A stretch of DNA of 64,000 nucleotides from Alphaproteobacteria bacterium (GCA_050485485.1 JBJHBM010000001.1:114916-178915); one strand, 5' to 3'. Counted from the first letter of the stretch, positions 7,923-16,879 are shown. Program-made: numbers and translations. The notes: generated from the letters alone by a model not told the origin.

Positions 7923-9767
7923 ATGGCAACGACCACCAAGCCCACCGGCGCCCAGAAACCATTTCGCAAGCCGATCCCGACCCCCAAGAAGCCGAAGCTG
8001 AAGACTGCCGGGGCCGGCCGTTTCAATTCCGACGTCATCGTCGACATGCTGCACATGTACGACATGCCGTACGCCTCGCTGAACCCGGGCGCGAGCTACC
8101 GCGGCCTGCACGACAGCATGGTGAACTACGGCGGCAACTGGCCGTACATGATGCTCTGCACCCACGAGGAGACTGCGGTCCAGATCGCCCACGGCTATTC
8201 CCGCGCCACCAACAAGCCGATGGTGGCGATCGTCCACAACCTGGTCGGCCTGCTGCATTCGAACATGGCGATCTACTACGCCTACATCGACCGCGCGCCG
8301 ATCTTCATCATCGGCGCCACCGGCCCGCTGAACGAGACCAAGCGGCGCCCGAAGATCGACTGGATCCACACGGCCAACGGCCAGGGCGCGGCGATCCGCG
8401 AATACGTCAAGTTCGACGCCCAGCCGGCCACCGTGGATGGCGTCCCCGAAGCCTTCGCGCGCGCCTATTCGGTGATGATGACCCAGCCCACCGGGCCGAT
8501 CTACATGTGCTACGACGCGTGGCTCCAGGAGGAGAAGCTCGAGCACAAGGTCGAGCTGCCGCCGCCGTCGGCGGTCAAGGTGCCGTCCAAGATGGCGCCC
8601 GACCCGGAAACCCTGCGCAAGGCGGCCGAGATGCTGGTCGCTGCCAAGTTTCCGATGCTGTTGGCCGAGTTCGCGGGCCGCTCCGAGGACGGCTACAACG
8701 CGCTCGTCGATCTCGCCGACACCCTGCACTGCGCGGTCTATGACCTCGACACGCGCTGCAACTTCCCCGGCACCCACCCCTACAATATGTCGATGATCGA
8801 CGACGTGCTGAAATCGGTGGACCTCGTGGTCGGCCTCGACGCCCAGGACTGGGAGCGCCCGACCACGCGTCTGATTTCCGCCACCCGCACGCGCGAAAGC
8901 AAGATGGCGAAAGGGTGCAAGTTCATCGACATCGGCTTTGGCGAACTCAAGATCTCGGGCTGGTCGCTCGACTACCAGCGCATGATGAACTTCGACTTGC
9001 GCATCCTCGGCGATACCGACATTGCGATCCCGATGCTCACCAAGATGTGCAAGGAGATCATCGCCAAGAGCTCCGGCCTTAAGTCGAAGCTCGAGGCGCG
9101 CGGCAAGAAGCTCGCCCAGATCCACGCGAAGAAGCGGGCGGAATGGCGCAAGGTGGGTCTCGACTCGAAGATGCGCAAGATGAGCCCGATCCCGCACGCG
9201 GTGCTCGCGACGGAAATCTGGGAAGTCATCAAGGAGCACGACTGGGTACTGACCGCGAGCACGCTCGAGGACTGGACCCGGCGCATCTGGGACTTCGATG
9301 CCCACCACCGTCACCCGGGCAAGTCGATGGGCACCTCGACCCAGATCGGCACCTCGCTCGGCGTGGCCCTCGCCAACCGCGACAAGGGGCGGCTCGTGGT
9401 GGACATCCAGCCCGACGGCGACCTCATGTTCGACGCCGGCGCGCTGTGGATCGCGGCCAAGCACAACATTCCGATGCTGATCGTGATGTACAACAACCGC
9501 GCCTACTACAACGACTGGGAACACCAGATCCGCATGGCGCGGCTGCGCAAGACCGACGAAAAGAGGGCGCATATCGGTATGGACCTGTGCGATCCGGACC
9601 CGGACTTCGCCGGCCTCGCCCGCGCGATGGGCTGGTACGCCGAGGGTCCGATCGACCGCTGCGAGGACATCCAGCCGGCGTTGCGCCGCGCGATCGAGCG
9701 GGTGCGTGCCGGCCAGCCGGCGCTCGTGGACACGATCACCCAGCGTCGCGACGCGTGGAACCAGTAG
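7923..9767 (+). CDS. Thiamine-diphosphate-dependent enzyme (acetolactate-synthase / benzoylformate-decarboxylase-like) with a Lys/Pro-rich N-terminal extension
   Basis: 614 aa. PYR domain HEETAVQIAHGYSRATNKPMVAIVHNLVGLLHSNMAIYYAYIDRAPIFIIGATGP. TPP-binding GDG...N motif (DIQPDGDLMFDAGALWIAAKHNIPMLIVMYNN). RBS AGAGGA 7 nt upstream. The 915-aa ORF on the opposite strand (7026..9773) is judged spurious. Confidence 0.85.
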   Translation: MATTTKPTGAQKPFRKPIPTPKKPKLKTAGAGRFNSDVIVDMLHMYDMPYASLNPGASYRGLHDSMVNYGGNWPYMMLCTHEETAVQIAHGYSRATNKPMVAIVHNLVGLLHSNMAIYYAYIDRAPIFIIGATGPLNETKRRPKIDWIHTANGQGAAIREYVKFDAQPATVDGVPEAFARAYSVMMTQPTGPIYMCYDAWLQEEKLEHKVELPPPSAVKVPSKMAPDPETLRKAAEMLVAAKFPMLLAEFAGRSEDGYNALVDLADTLHCAVYDLDTRCNFPGTHPYNMSMIDDVLKSVDLVVGLDAQDWERPTTRLISATRTRESKMAKGCKFIDIGFGELKISGWSLDYQRMMNFDLRILGDTDIAIPMLTKMCKEIIAKSSGLKSKLEARGKKLAQIHAKKRAEWRKVGLDSKMRKMSPIPHAVLATEIWEVIKEHDWVLTASTLEDWTRRIWDFDAHHRHPGKSMGTSTQIGTSLGVALANRDKGRLVVDIQPDGDLMFDAGALWIAAKHNIPMLIVMYNNRAYYNDWEHQIRMARLRKTDEKRAHIGMDLCDPDPDFAGLARAMGWYAEGPIDRCEDIQPALRRAIERVRAGQPALVDTITQRRDAWNQ

Positions 9768-9814
9768 CGGCATAGCGGTACGTCGGACGGCAAGGCCCGC
9801 GGAGCATTGGCCAT

Positions 9815-10402
9815 ATGCGTAGATTGGTCGTAGGCATGTCGGGTGCGTCGGGTGCCATTTACGGCATCCGCTTCCTCGAGGTTCTCAGCAAGGCCGAGGA
9901 CATCGAGGTGCACCTGATCCTGTCGGCTTCCGCGGGCCAGACCATCGTGGACGAAACCGACTGGACGGTGTCGGACGTCAAAGCGCTCGCCGACGTGGTC
10001 TACAACAACCGGGACATCGGGGCGTCGCTGTCGAGCGGCTCCTATCGCCACGACGGGATGATCGTGGCTCCGTGCTCGGTCAAGACCCTGTCCGGGATCG
10101 TCAATTCCTACGACGACAACCTGCTGACACGCGCGGCCGACGTGTCGCTCAAGGAGAAGCGGCGCGTCGTGCTGCTGGTGCGGGAGACGCCCCTGCACCT
10201 CGGCCATATCGAACTCATGGGACGGGCGGCGAGCTACGGTGCCGTCGTCATGCCGCCCGTTCCGGCCTTCTATCATCGTCCTCAGACGTTGGACGACGTG
10301 ATTAACCAGACAGTGGGCAAGGCACTGGATCTTTTCGACATTCCCCACCGGCTGTTCCGGAGGTGGAAGGAGTCGAACAACGGGGGAGGGACGACCGGCT
10401 GA
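9815..10402 (+). CDS. ubiX: Flavin prenyltransferase UbiX/Pad1 (makes prFMN for UbiD)
   Basis: MRRLVVGMSGASGAIYGIRFLEVL... 195 aa, a typical UbiX N-terminus and length. Confidence 0.9.
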   Translation: MRRLVVGMSGASGAIYGIRFLEVLSKAEDIEVHLILSASAGQTIVDETDWTVSDVKALADVVYNNRDIGASLSSGSYRHDGMIVAPCSVKTLSGIVNSYDDNLLTRAADVSLKEKRRVVLLVRETPLHLGHIELMGRAASYGAVVMPPVPAFYHRPQTLDDVINQTVGKALDLFDIPHRLFRRWKESNNGGGTTG

Positions 10403-10489
10403 GCCGCGGGCTCGGCTTTTAACCGGCATCGATCTGCACAACAACGGCGGGCGATGCATCACTCACCACTCGCAAACAGGTGGGGTGAC

Positions 10490-12649
10490 ATGGATTATCT
10501 GATGCTGATGGCGACGAGCGCCGGCGATGCCCTTGCAATCATCGGTGAGCCCTCGCGCCTCTTCTTCCTGTTCAGCGGTGTCGTCATCGGCCTCGTGCTG
10601 GGCGTCATCCCCGGTCTCGGCGGTCTCGTCGGCCTCGCGCTCCTGCTTCCCTTCACATTCGACATGGACAGATATGCGGCCTTCGCGTTCCTTCTCGGAA
10701 TGGGGGCCGTCACGACGACGTCGGATACCATACCGGCAGTGCTGTTCGGCGTGCCCGGCACGACGGGATCGGCCGCGACCATCCTCGACGGTCACCCCCT
10801 GGCGCGCCAAGGCCATGCTGGGCGCGCTTTCGGCGCGGCCTATTCGGCCTCCCTGCTGGGCGGCCTCCTGGGCGCGCTCCTGCTCGCGGTGTCGATCCCG
10901 ATCCTGCGGCCGGTGATGCTCTATCTCGGCTCGCCGGAGCTGCTGTCGTTCTCGGTGTTCGGACTGTCGATGGTGGCGGTGCTGTCGGGTTCCTCGCCGA
11001 TGCGCGGCATCGGCGCGGCCTGCCTCGGCCTCCTGATCGCCATGGTCGGCTCAGACCCGCAGACCGGCACCCTGCGCTGGACGCTGGATTCCCTCTACCT
11101 GTGGGACGGTCTGCCGCTGGTGCCCGTCACCATCGGCCTGTTCGCGCTGCCGGAGCTCGCGGACATGGCGATCAACCGGACCTCGATCGCGCGCGACGCG
11201 AAGAGCGTGAAGTTCGACACCCGTACCGGCCAGTGGCAGGGGGTGCGCGACACGCTCAACAACTGGTGGCTGGTAGTGCGCGTCGCCTGGCTCGGTGCCT
11301 CGCTCGGCGCGATCCCGGGCCTCGGCTCCTCGATCGTGGACTGGGTCTCCTACGGTCACGCGGCCCGGACCGAGCCGCGCGCGGAGGAAACCTTCGGCAA
11401 GGGCGACATTCGCGGCGTGATCGCGCCCGAATCGTGCAACAACGCCAAGGAAGGCGGATCCCTGGTGCCGACCATCGCCTTCGGCGTGCCGGGCTCGGCC
11501 TCTATGGCGATCCTGCTCGGCGCGTTCCTGATCCACGGCCTGGTTCCGGGCCCGGACATGCTGACCAAGCACCTCGACGTCACCTATTCGATGGTGTGGT
11601 CGATCGCCATCGCCAACGTGCTCGGCGCCGGCATCTGTTTCATGTTCTCGGACCAGTTCGCGAAGCTCGCGCTGCTGCGCTACTCGATCATCATGCCGCT
11701 GGTCCTGTGCGTGGTGTTCGTGGGCGCGTACCAGGGCTCGCGGCAATGGGGCGATATCTACGCCCTGCTGGTGTTCGGTACCGTCGGCTGGGTGATGAAG
11801 CGCCTGCGCTGGCCGCGTCCGCCGGTAATCCTCGGTGTCGTGCTGGGCGGAATCGTGGAACGCTACATGTTCATCTCTGTGGAGCGTTACGGCACCGAGT
11901 GGATTTTCCCGACGAGCCTGGAGAGCGTCCGCTGGGTCGTACTGATCATGTTCGCGCTCTCGATCTACGGCCTTCTGCGCCCGCTGATCAAGGAGTACAA
12001 ATACGCCGGCGGCGTCGGCGGGATGCTCCGAAGCATGGAGCCGTCGAAGCCCCACTTCGACGCTCAGACGCTGATGTACCTCTTCTTCATCGGCGTGTTC
12101 GGCTACATGATGTACGAGGCGTCCGGCTGGAACTACGACGCCAGGATCATCCCAAACATCGTGGGCTATTTCGGCCTCACCATCCTGGCGATCAGCCTGC
12201 TCAACCATACCTTCAAGAGCGTCGAGATCACCGCCGCCCAGAGGGCCGAGCAGGCGGACGAGAGCGCCATGGGCCGGCTCAAGCGCAGCATGCATCTCGA
12301 CATCTCGGTGATGGGGCCGCAGATGCCGAAGAGGCTGCTCGCGCTCAGGGCGATCGGCTATCTCGGGTGGCTGTTCTCATTCCTGCTGTCCACGGCGCTG
12401 ATCGGCATGATTCCGTCGCTGTTCCTGCTGGTGGTCGCCTACATGAAGATCGAAGGGCGGGAATCGTGGAAGCTGACGCTGTCCTGCGCGTTCGGCCTCA
12501 TGTTGTTTTCGATCGTCCTGTTCGACAAGCTCCTGGCCCTGCCGTGGCCGCAGACGGAGTTCGGCGATCTCTACCTGATGTTCGATCAGGCGGTGCTGCA
12601 ACCCCTGACCTACTGGGTCGAGGTGCAGATGGGCTGGCGGGATCCTTGA
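10490..12649 (+). CDS. Fused TctA-TctB tripartite tricarboxylate transporter membrane protein (TctA large permease domain followed by a C-terminal TctB-like 4-TM domain)
   Basis: ATG 10490 after AGGTGGGGTG. The first ~500 aa align with the stand-alone TctA at 18389..19897 (GVPGTTGSAATILDGHPLA, ETFGKGDIRGVIAPES, GGSLVPTIAFGVPGS). The last ~200 aa align with the stand-alone TctB-like protein at 17758..18399, including RESWKL. Confidence 0.85.
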   Translation: MDYLMLMATSAGDALAIIGEPSRLFFLFSGVVIGLVLGVIPGLGGLVGLALLLPFTFDMDRYAAFAFLLGMGAVTTTSDTIPAVLFGVPGTTGSAATILDGHPLARQGHAGRAFGAAYSASLLGGLLGALLLAVSIPILRPVMLYLGSPELLSFSVFGLSMVAVLSGSSPMRGIGAACLGLLIAMVGSDPQTGTLRWTLDSLYLWDGLPLVPVTIGLFALPELADMAINRTSIARDAKSVKFDTRTGQWQGVRDTLNNWWLVVRVAWLGASLGAIPGLGSSIVDWVSYGHAARTEPRAEETFGKGDIRGVIAPESCNNAKEGGSLVPTIAFGVPGSASMAILLGAFLIHGLVPGPDMLTKHLDVTYSMVWSIAIANVLGAGICFMFSDQFAKLALLRYSIIMPLVLCVVFVGAYQGSRQWGDIYALLVFGTVGWVMKRLRWPRPPVILGVVLGGIVERYMFISVERYGTEWIFPTSLESVRWVVLIMFALSIYGLLRPLIKEYKYAGGVGGMLRSMEPSKPHFDAQTLMYLFFIGVFGYMMYEASGWNYDARIIPNIVGYFGLTILAISLLNHTFKSVEITAAQRAEQADESAMGRLKRSMHLDISVMGPQMPKRLLALRAIGYLGWLFSFLLSTALIGMIPSLFLLVVAYMKIEGRESWKLTLSCAFGLMLFSIVLFDKLLALPWPQTEFGDLYLMFDQAVLQPLTYWVEVQMGWRDP

Positions 12650-12674
12650 TCCCGGGCCTGGTCCCGTGCGCGAC

Positions 12675-12707
12675 GAGGGCGGGAGCGATGCTCCCGCCCT
12701 CTTTTTA
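12675..12707 (+). terminator. Rho-independent terminator after the tctAB fusion
   Basis: GAGGGCGGGAGC-GAT-GCTCCCGCCCTC followed by TTTTT. Confidence 0.75.
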
Positions 12708-12737
12708 CGTCCGTTCGCGTCGTGCGGGGAGGGGCTC

Positions 12738-13808
12738 TCAGGGATGCTCGATCTGGGTGAACCACTCGGTCGGCAGTTCGCGACCGAGGCCGGCCTCGCG
12801 CGCCTTGCGGTAGGCAAGGCCGCCGACCACGGTGAATTGATAGCCGATGCCGGAATAGTTGAGGAAGCAGGTGGCCTCGCGGTCGTTCGTCCGGCCGGCC
12901 ACCCGGCCGGTGACGAGGTCGGCAAGCTCGGCCATGGATTTCTCGTCCAGGCACGCGTCGGGGGCATGGACGCCCTTGCGATCCTCGGCGAGCTCGACTC
13001 CCTGGGTGCGCACCACGAGGGGCGCGTTGTCGCGCAGATGCACGGCGCGGCGCGCGCAGGCCGCGACCGCCTCGGGCGCGATCTCGGCCGGCTTGATGGA
13101 CGAATAATGCACGCCCTCCCGCACATGGTTGTGGCCGATCACGGGATCGAGGGCATTGGTGGCGCAGGCGACGATATCGGCGTCGCGGACCACCGCTTCG
13201 ACGCTCGCCGCCGCGGCGACCTCGATCCCGAGCCGTGCCGTCATGTCGCGGGCGAAGGCGGCGCGATGGGCGGGGTTGGGGCTGTAGCACACCAGCCTTT
13301 CGAGCGGCCGTACGGCGGCCATCGCCATTGCCTGCGCGCCGGCCTGCCAGCCCGAGCCGATCACCGCCGCCACCCGGGCGTCGGCGCGCGCCATGTGGCG
13401 GGCCGCGATGCCGTTGGTGGCGCCGACCCGCATCCGCTGGACCACGCCGTCCGGGAAGATCGCGAGCGGCTCGCCGTTCTCCGTGGAGAACAGCAGCACG
13501 AGCCCGACGTAGCGTCCGCCGGGCGCGGCCGGCACCTTCTCGCGCCGGGTCGAGCCCGCGACCTCGCGCCAGCCGATGATGTCGGAATTGAGCCGGATGG
13601 AGGCGAATCCCGACGGCGCATGGACGCCGTCCATGCTCTTGAGGGCGTAGACGGTGCCCGGATCGCGGGCGGGGGCGACGATCTCGGCCCGGCCCCGATT
13701 GCCCCCGCGTCCTTCGGCGAGATCGCGGTAGCCCTCCTCGAGAACGGCGATACACTCCGGCATGGCGAGCACGCGGTCGAGCTCGTCGTTGCTGAATATC
13801 CAGGTCAT
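12738..13808 (-). CDS. Ornithine cyclodeaminase / mu-crystallin family protein (paralog 2)
   Basis: 356 aa. MTWIFSNDELDRVLAMPECIAVLEEGY... with a Rossmann-type VIGSGWQAGAQ motif. About 50% identical to the upstream paralog. Confidence 0.85.
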   Translation of the reverse strand: MTWIFSNDELDRVLAMPECIAVLEEGYRDLAEGRGGNRGRAEIVAPARDPGTVYALKSMDGVHAPSGFASIRLNSDIIGWREVAGSTRREKVPAAPGGRYVGLVLLFSTENGEPLAIFPDGVVQRMRVGATNGIAARHMARADARVAAVIGSGWQAGAQAMAMAAVRPLERLVCYSPNPAHRAAFARDMTARLGIEVAAAASVEAVVRDADIVACATNALDPVIGHNHVREGVHYSSIKPAEIAPEAVAACARRAVHLRDNAPLVVRTQGVELAEDRKGVHAPDACLDEKSMAELADLVTGRVAGRTNDREATCFLNYSGIGYQFTVVGGLAYRKAREAGLGRELPTEWFTQIEHP

Positions 13809-13832
13809 GGAAGTTCCCGCCTGTAGGGACGC

Positions 13833-14909
13833 CTACGGATGCACCGTCTCGGTGAACCAGTCGGTGGGCAAGGCGTGGCCGATGCCGCGTTCGACCGCGC
13901 GCTTGTAGATGACCGAGCCAGCCGCCGCGAACTGGTAGCCGAGGCCGAGGTTGTTCAGGAAGCAGGTGACCTCGTCCTGGCCGCCGCGGCCTTGGGCGCG
14001 GCCGACGATCAGGTCGGGCAGGGTGGGAAATTTCCCGAAATCGAGCTTGTTGGCGGCATTCCAGCCCTTTTCCTTGCTCTCCTCCTGGAACGGCGCACCC
14101 TCGGCCACCACGATGATGGGCGCGGTATCATGGGTGTGCACCGCCACCCGGTTGGCGGCGAGGATCGCGGCCGGCTCGACCTCCGGCTTCTTGATGGAGG
14201 AGACGTGCATTCCCGGTGCGATCCACTCCTTGAAGAATACCGGGTCGATGGAATTGGTACCGCACATGGCGACGTCGGCGCCGCGCACCGCTTCTTCGGG
14301 ATGGGCGACCGGACGGATGTCGACGCCGACCACCTCGCTCATGCGGACGGCGAAAGCCTCGCGGTTGTCCTTGTTGGGGGAGAATACCCGGATTTCCTCG
14401 AAGTCGCGCACTGCGCAGGCCGCGGTGAGCTGCGTCTCCGCCTGCCAGCCCGAGCCGAGCAGCCCGAGCACGCGCGAATCCTCGCGCGCCATGTACTTGA
14501 CGCCGAGCCCGTTGGTGGCGCCAACGCGGATATGCTGCAGCACGCCGTCCGGGAAGATCGCGAGCGGCTCGCCGTTGGCGGTCGAGAACAGCAGCACCAG
14601 CCCGACGTAGCGGTCGCCGGGCGCCGCCGGCACCTTCACGCGGCGCTGGGCGTTGCCGATCACCGGGTTGGTAACGATGTCGGAGTTGATGCGGATCGCG
14701 CCGACGCCGAGCGCCGGCACCACCCCGTCCATCGACTTGAGACCGTAGATCGCATCGGGCGCATAGGAGGTGGGGGCGATGCAGTCGGAGCGCTGGCGCG
14801 TGATGCCGCGCCCGTGGGCCAACTCCTTGTAGGCCTCCTCCAGCGCTGCGATGCAGTCCGGCATGGTGAGCAGGGTTTCGACGTCGTCGTTGGACAGGAT
14901 CAGGGTCAT
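13833..14909 (-). CDS. Ornithine cyclodeaminase / mu-crystallin family protein (paralog 1)
   Basis: 358 aa. MTLILSNDDVETLLTMPDCIAALEEAY... RBS GGAGG. Lies 24 nt upstream of paralog 2. Confidence 0.85.
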   Translation of the reverse strand: MTLILSNDDVETLLTMPDCIAALEEAYKELAHGRGITRQRSDCIAPTSYAPDAIYGLKSMDGVVPALGVGAIRINSDIVTNPVIGNAQRRVKVPAAPGDRYVGLVLLFSTANGEPLAIFPDGVLQHIRVGATNGLGVKYMAREDSRVLGLLGSGWQAETQLTAACAVRDFEEIRVFSPNKDNREAFAVRMSEVVGVDIRPVAHPEEAVRGADVAMCGTNSIDPVFFKEWIAPGMHVSSIKKPEVEPAAILAANRVAVHTHDTAPIIVVAEGAPFQEESKEKGWNAANKLDFGKFPTLPDLIVGRAQGRGGQDEVTCFLNNLGLGYQFAAAGSVIYKRAVERGIGHALPTDWFTETVHP

Positions 14910-14963
14910 GGGGCCTCCCGTAGGGCTGTCGTTGAACCGCCGCGGCCGTTGTTCCGGGCGGGC

Positions 14964-15003
14964 AAGGAAAAGGGCGGAGCCGTCCCGCGTCGGCCCCGCC
15001 CTT
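14964..15003 (-). terminator. Rho-independent terminator (minus strand) after the tctC-fusion gene
   Basis: Minus-strand sense reads AAGGGCGGGGCCGACGCGGGACGGCTCCGCCCTT followed by TTTCCTT. Confidence 0.6.
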
Positions 15004-15030
15004 GTTATAGCAGGCTATGAACGCCCGTGC

Positions 15031-16275
15031 TTACTTGCAATCGATGGTGACGGGCTCGTTGTCGCCGCCCGGCTTGTAGTCGATCTCGCACGCCATGCCC
15101 GCCTTGAGGGCCTCCCGGGCTCCGGGCTTGCCGCCGATGGTGATCTTGGTGCGCGCGGCCGAGATCTTGGACTTGACGTCGTTGGCGCCGTGCTTGAAGG
15201 CGATCTCCCGCCCGTCCGGCGACACGGCGGACAGGGCGGTGGCCACCTTGCTGGCGGGCGGCACGATATTCAGGATATCCGCGACCATGGCGACGATTTC
15301 CGGCGGCTGGTCAAGGGCCTCGCGCACTTTGCGCGCGAGCTCTTCGCCGTAGAGCGGGTCGACCGGCCGGTCGGCCTTGATCGCCTGGGCCTGCAGCTCG
15401 GAGTCTTCCATCGCCTTGCGATAGGCCTCGACGAGGGTTTTGGCGCGGTCGGCCGGAATGCCCGGAGGGCCGGCCGTGAAGCGTGCGATCTCTGCCTGGG
15501 AGCCGACCAGCGCGACCACCGCCTTGGCGTTGCGCTCGGTCACGATCTCGGAAAGCAGCGGTACGCCCGGGGCCGCCTTGCCGCCGATCTGGGCGATGTA
15601 GCGGCCGTAGCCGTTCTTCACGAACAGCTCGGCCGAGGACTGGGAGCCGACGGAGGCGTCGATCTCGCCCCGGCGCATGGCCAGCTCCGCGTCGGTGCCG
15701 TCGTAGCCAAGGATCAGCTTCATGTTCCAGCCGAGCACCTTGGACAGCATCATGGTGTCGTTGTAGGCTGAAGAGCCGACGCCCGCCGAGGCAAAGCGGA
15801 CGGGCGCCCTGGCCGTCCTGAGGTCGTCGAGGGTCTTGAGGTCGGTCTGCGCCGCGGCCATGATGACGCGCGGGTCGCTCGCGGCCTTGCCGATCCAGGT
15901 CATCTTGGCGAGGTCGAAGCGCACGCCCTGGCGCCCCAGAAGCTGGGAGAAGATCAGCCCGGTGTTGAAGGTGCCGATGGTCTCGCCGTCGGGCTTCGCG
16001 GCATAGAGCAGGTTGGCGCCGATGATATGGCCGGCACCCGGCACGTTGCGCACGACGAAGGTCGAGCCGGGCAGGTGGTTCTGCATGTATCTGGCCACCA
16101 GGCGGCCGTAGAAGTCGTAGCCGCCGCCCGCCGCCGTTGCCACCACGTAGGTGACGTTCTTGCCCTTGTAGTAGTCGGCACCGTCGGCCGCTGCGGCCGC
16201 GCCCGCGAGCAGGGTAGCCCCGGCGGCGACCGCCGCGCCCAGGCGGAGGCTTCTCGTAAGTTTCGGTGTCATGGG
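15031..16275 (-). CDS. Bug/TctC-family solute-binding protein with the C-terminal small domain (...ALKAGMACEIDYKPGGDNEPVTIDCK)
   Basis: ATG 16275 after AAAGGA. Signal peptide MTPKLTRSLRLGAAVAAGATLLAGAAAA. ADYYKGKNVTYVVATAAGGGYDFYGRLVARYM...PGAGH. 415 aa. Confidence 0.8.
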   Translation of the reverse strand, partial: PMTPKLTRSLRLGAAVAAGATLLAGAAAAADGADYYKGKNVTYVVATAAGGGYDFYGRLVARYMQNHLPGSTFVVRNVPGAGHIIGANLLYAAKPDGETIGTFNTGLIFSQLLGRQGVRFDLAKMTWIGKAASDPRVIMAAAQTDLKTLDDLRTARAPVRFASAGVGSSAYNDTMMLSKVLGWNMKLILGYDGTDAELAMRRGEIDASVGSQSSAELFVKNGYGRYIAQIGGKAAPGVPLLSEIVTERNAKAVVALVGSQAEIARFTAGPPGIPADRAKTLVEAYRKAMEDSELQAQAIKADRPVDPLYGEELARKVREALDQPPEIVAMVADILNIVPPASKVATALSAVSPDGREIAFKHGANDVKSKISAARTKITIGGKPGAREALKAGMACEIDYKPGGDNEPVTIDCK

Positions 16276-16569
16276 ACATGTCCTTTCAAGAGAGGACCGG
16301 ATTCCGTCGGGCCCGGATGGCGCAGGAGCGAAGCGGTGGCTTCTGGGCCGCACCATAGGCTACGCAAACTCGGTACGAGACGTGGCCGGCGGGTAGCAGG
16401 AAAGCATGCGAAGCGATGAGACGGTCCTCGGGGCTTCGCGCCTCCCGATCACAGTCGCCTTCGCCGTAGATGTTGGTAGGCGCAGGCAAAAAGGCAAGAA
16501 CCACCCCCGGGATGGTGATGCTTCGGCTGCGGCACGCCCCGGGGACGGATTCGAAACGTCTCGCGGGTA

Positions 16570-16601
16570 CGAAAAGGGGCGGGCCCGCAAGAGCCCGCCC
16601 C
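16570..16601 (-). terminator. Rho-independent terminator (minus strand) after small secreted protein 1
   Basis: Minus-strand sense reads GGGGCGGGCTCTTGCGGGCCCGCCCC followed by TTTTC. Confidence 0.65.
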
Positions 16602-16621
16602 CCAACGACGGCTATGCCGCG

Positions 16622-16879
16622 TTACTTGCAGGAGACCGTGGTGGCCTTGCCGCCATCGCCCTGCACGTCGCAGGTCATGCCGTCCTGAAGCTGGTCGCGC
16701 TTGGCGGCCTGGCCCTTGATGGTGACCTGGGTGCCGGAGTTGGAGATGGCGAACTCCTGGCCGCCGACGCTGATCTGGCGGCCTTCGTTCATGACCTGAA
16801 TCTTGCCCGACGCGGCATGGGCGCTCGCGATCAGGCCGACGGCGAACACGGACGTGAGAAGAGCACTGGTGATCTTCAT
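16622..16879 (-). CDS. Small secreted protein 1 (85 aa precursor) carrying the stand-alone GMxC...CK-COOH domain
   Basis: ATG 16879 after AAAGGA. Signal peptide MKITSALLTSVFAVGLIASAHA. Mature ~63 aa: ...TQVTIKGQAAKRDQLQDGMTCDVQGDGGKATTVSCK. Confidence 0.7.
   Translation of the reverse strand: MKITSALLTSVFAVGLIASAHAASGKIQVMNEGRQISVGGQEFAISNSGTQVTIKGQAAKRDQLQDGMTCDVQGDGGKATTVSCK

Noticed and set aside
7026-9773. 915-aa ORF on the minus strand
   Set aside because: It lies antisense to the TPP-dependent enzyme gene, which has clear family motifs and an RBS. The translation is Arg/Ala/Gly/Pro-rich low complexity, typical of shadow ORFs in high-GC DNA.
11051-13826. ORFs 11051..12295 (-), 11101..12813 (+), 12377..13126 (-), 12610..13755 (-) and 12666..13826 (+)
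   Set aside because: They overlap tctAB or the ornithine-cyclodeaminase gene in other frames or on the other strand. They are low-complexity translations.
13839-16279. ORFs 13839..15020 (+), 14851..15771 (+) and 15311..16279 (-)
   Set aside because: Shadow frames of the second OCD gene and the tctC-fusion gene.
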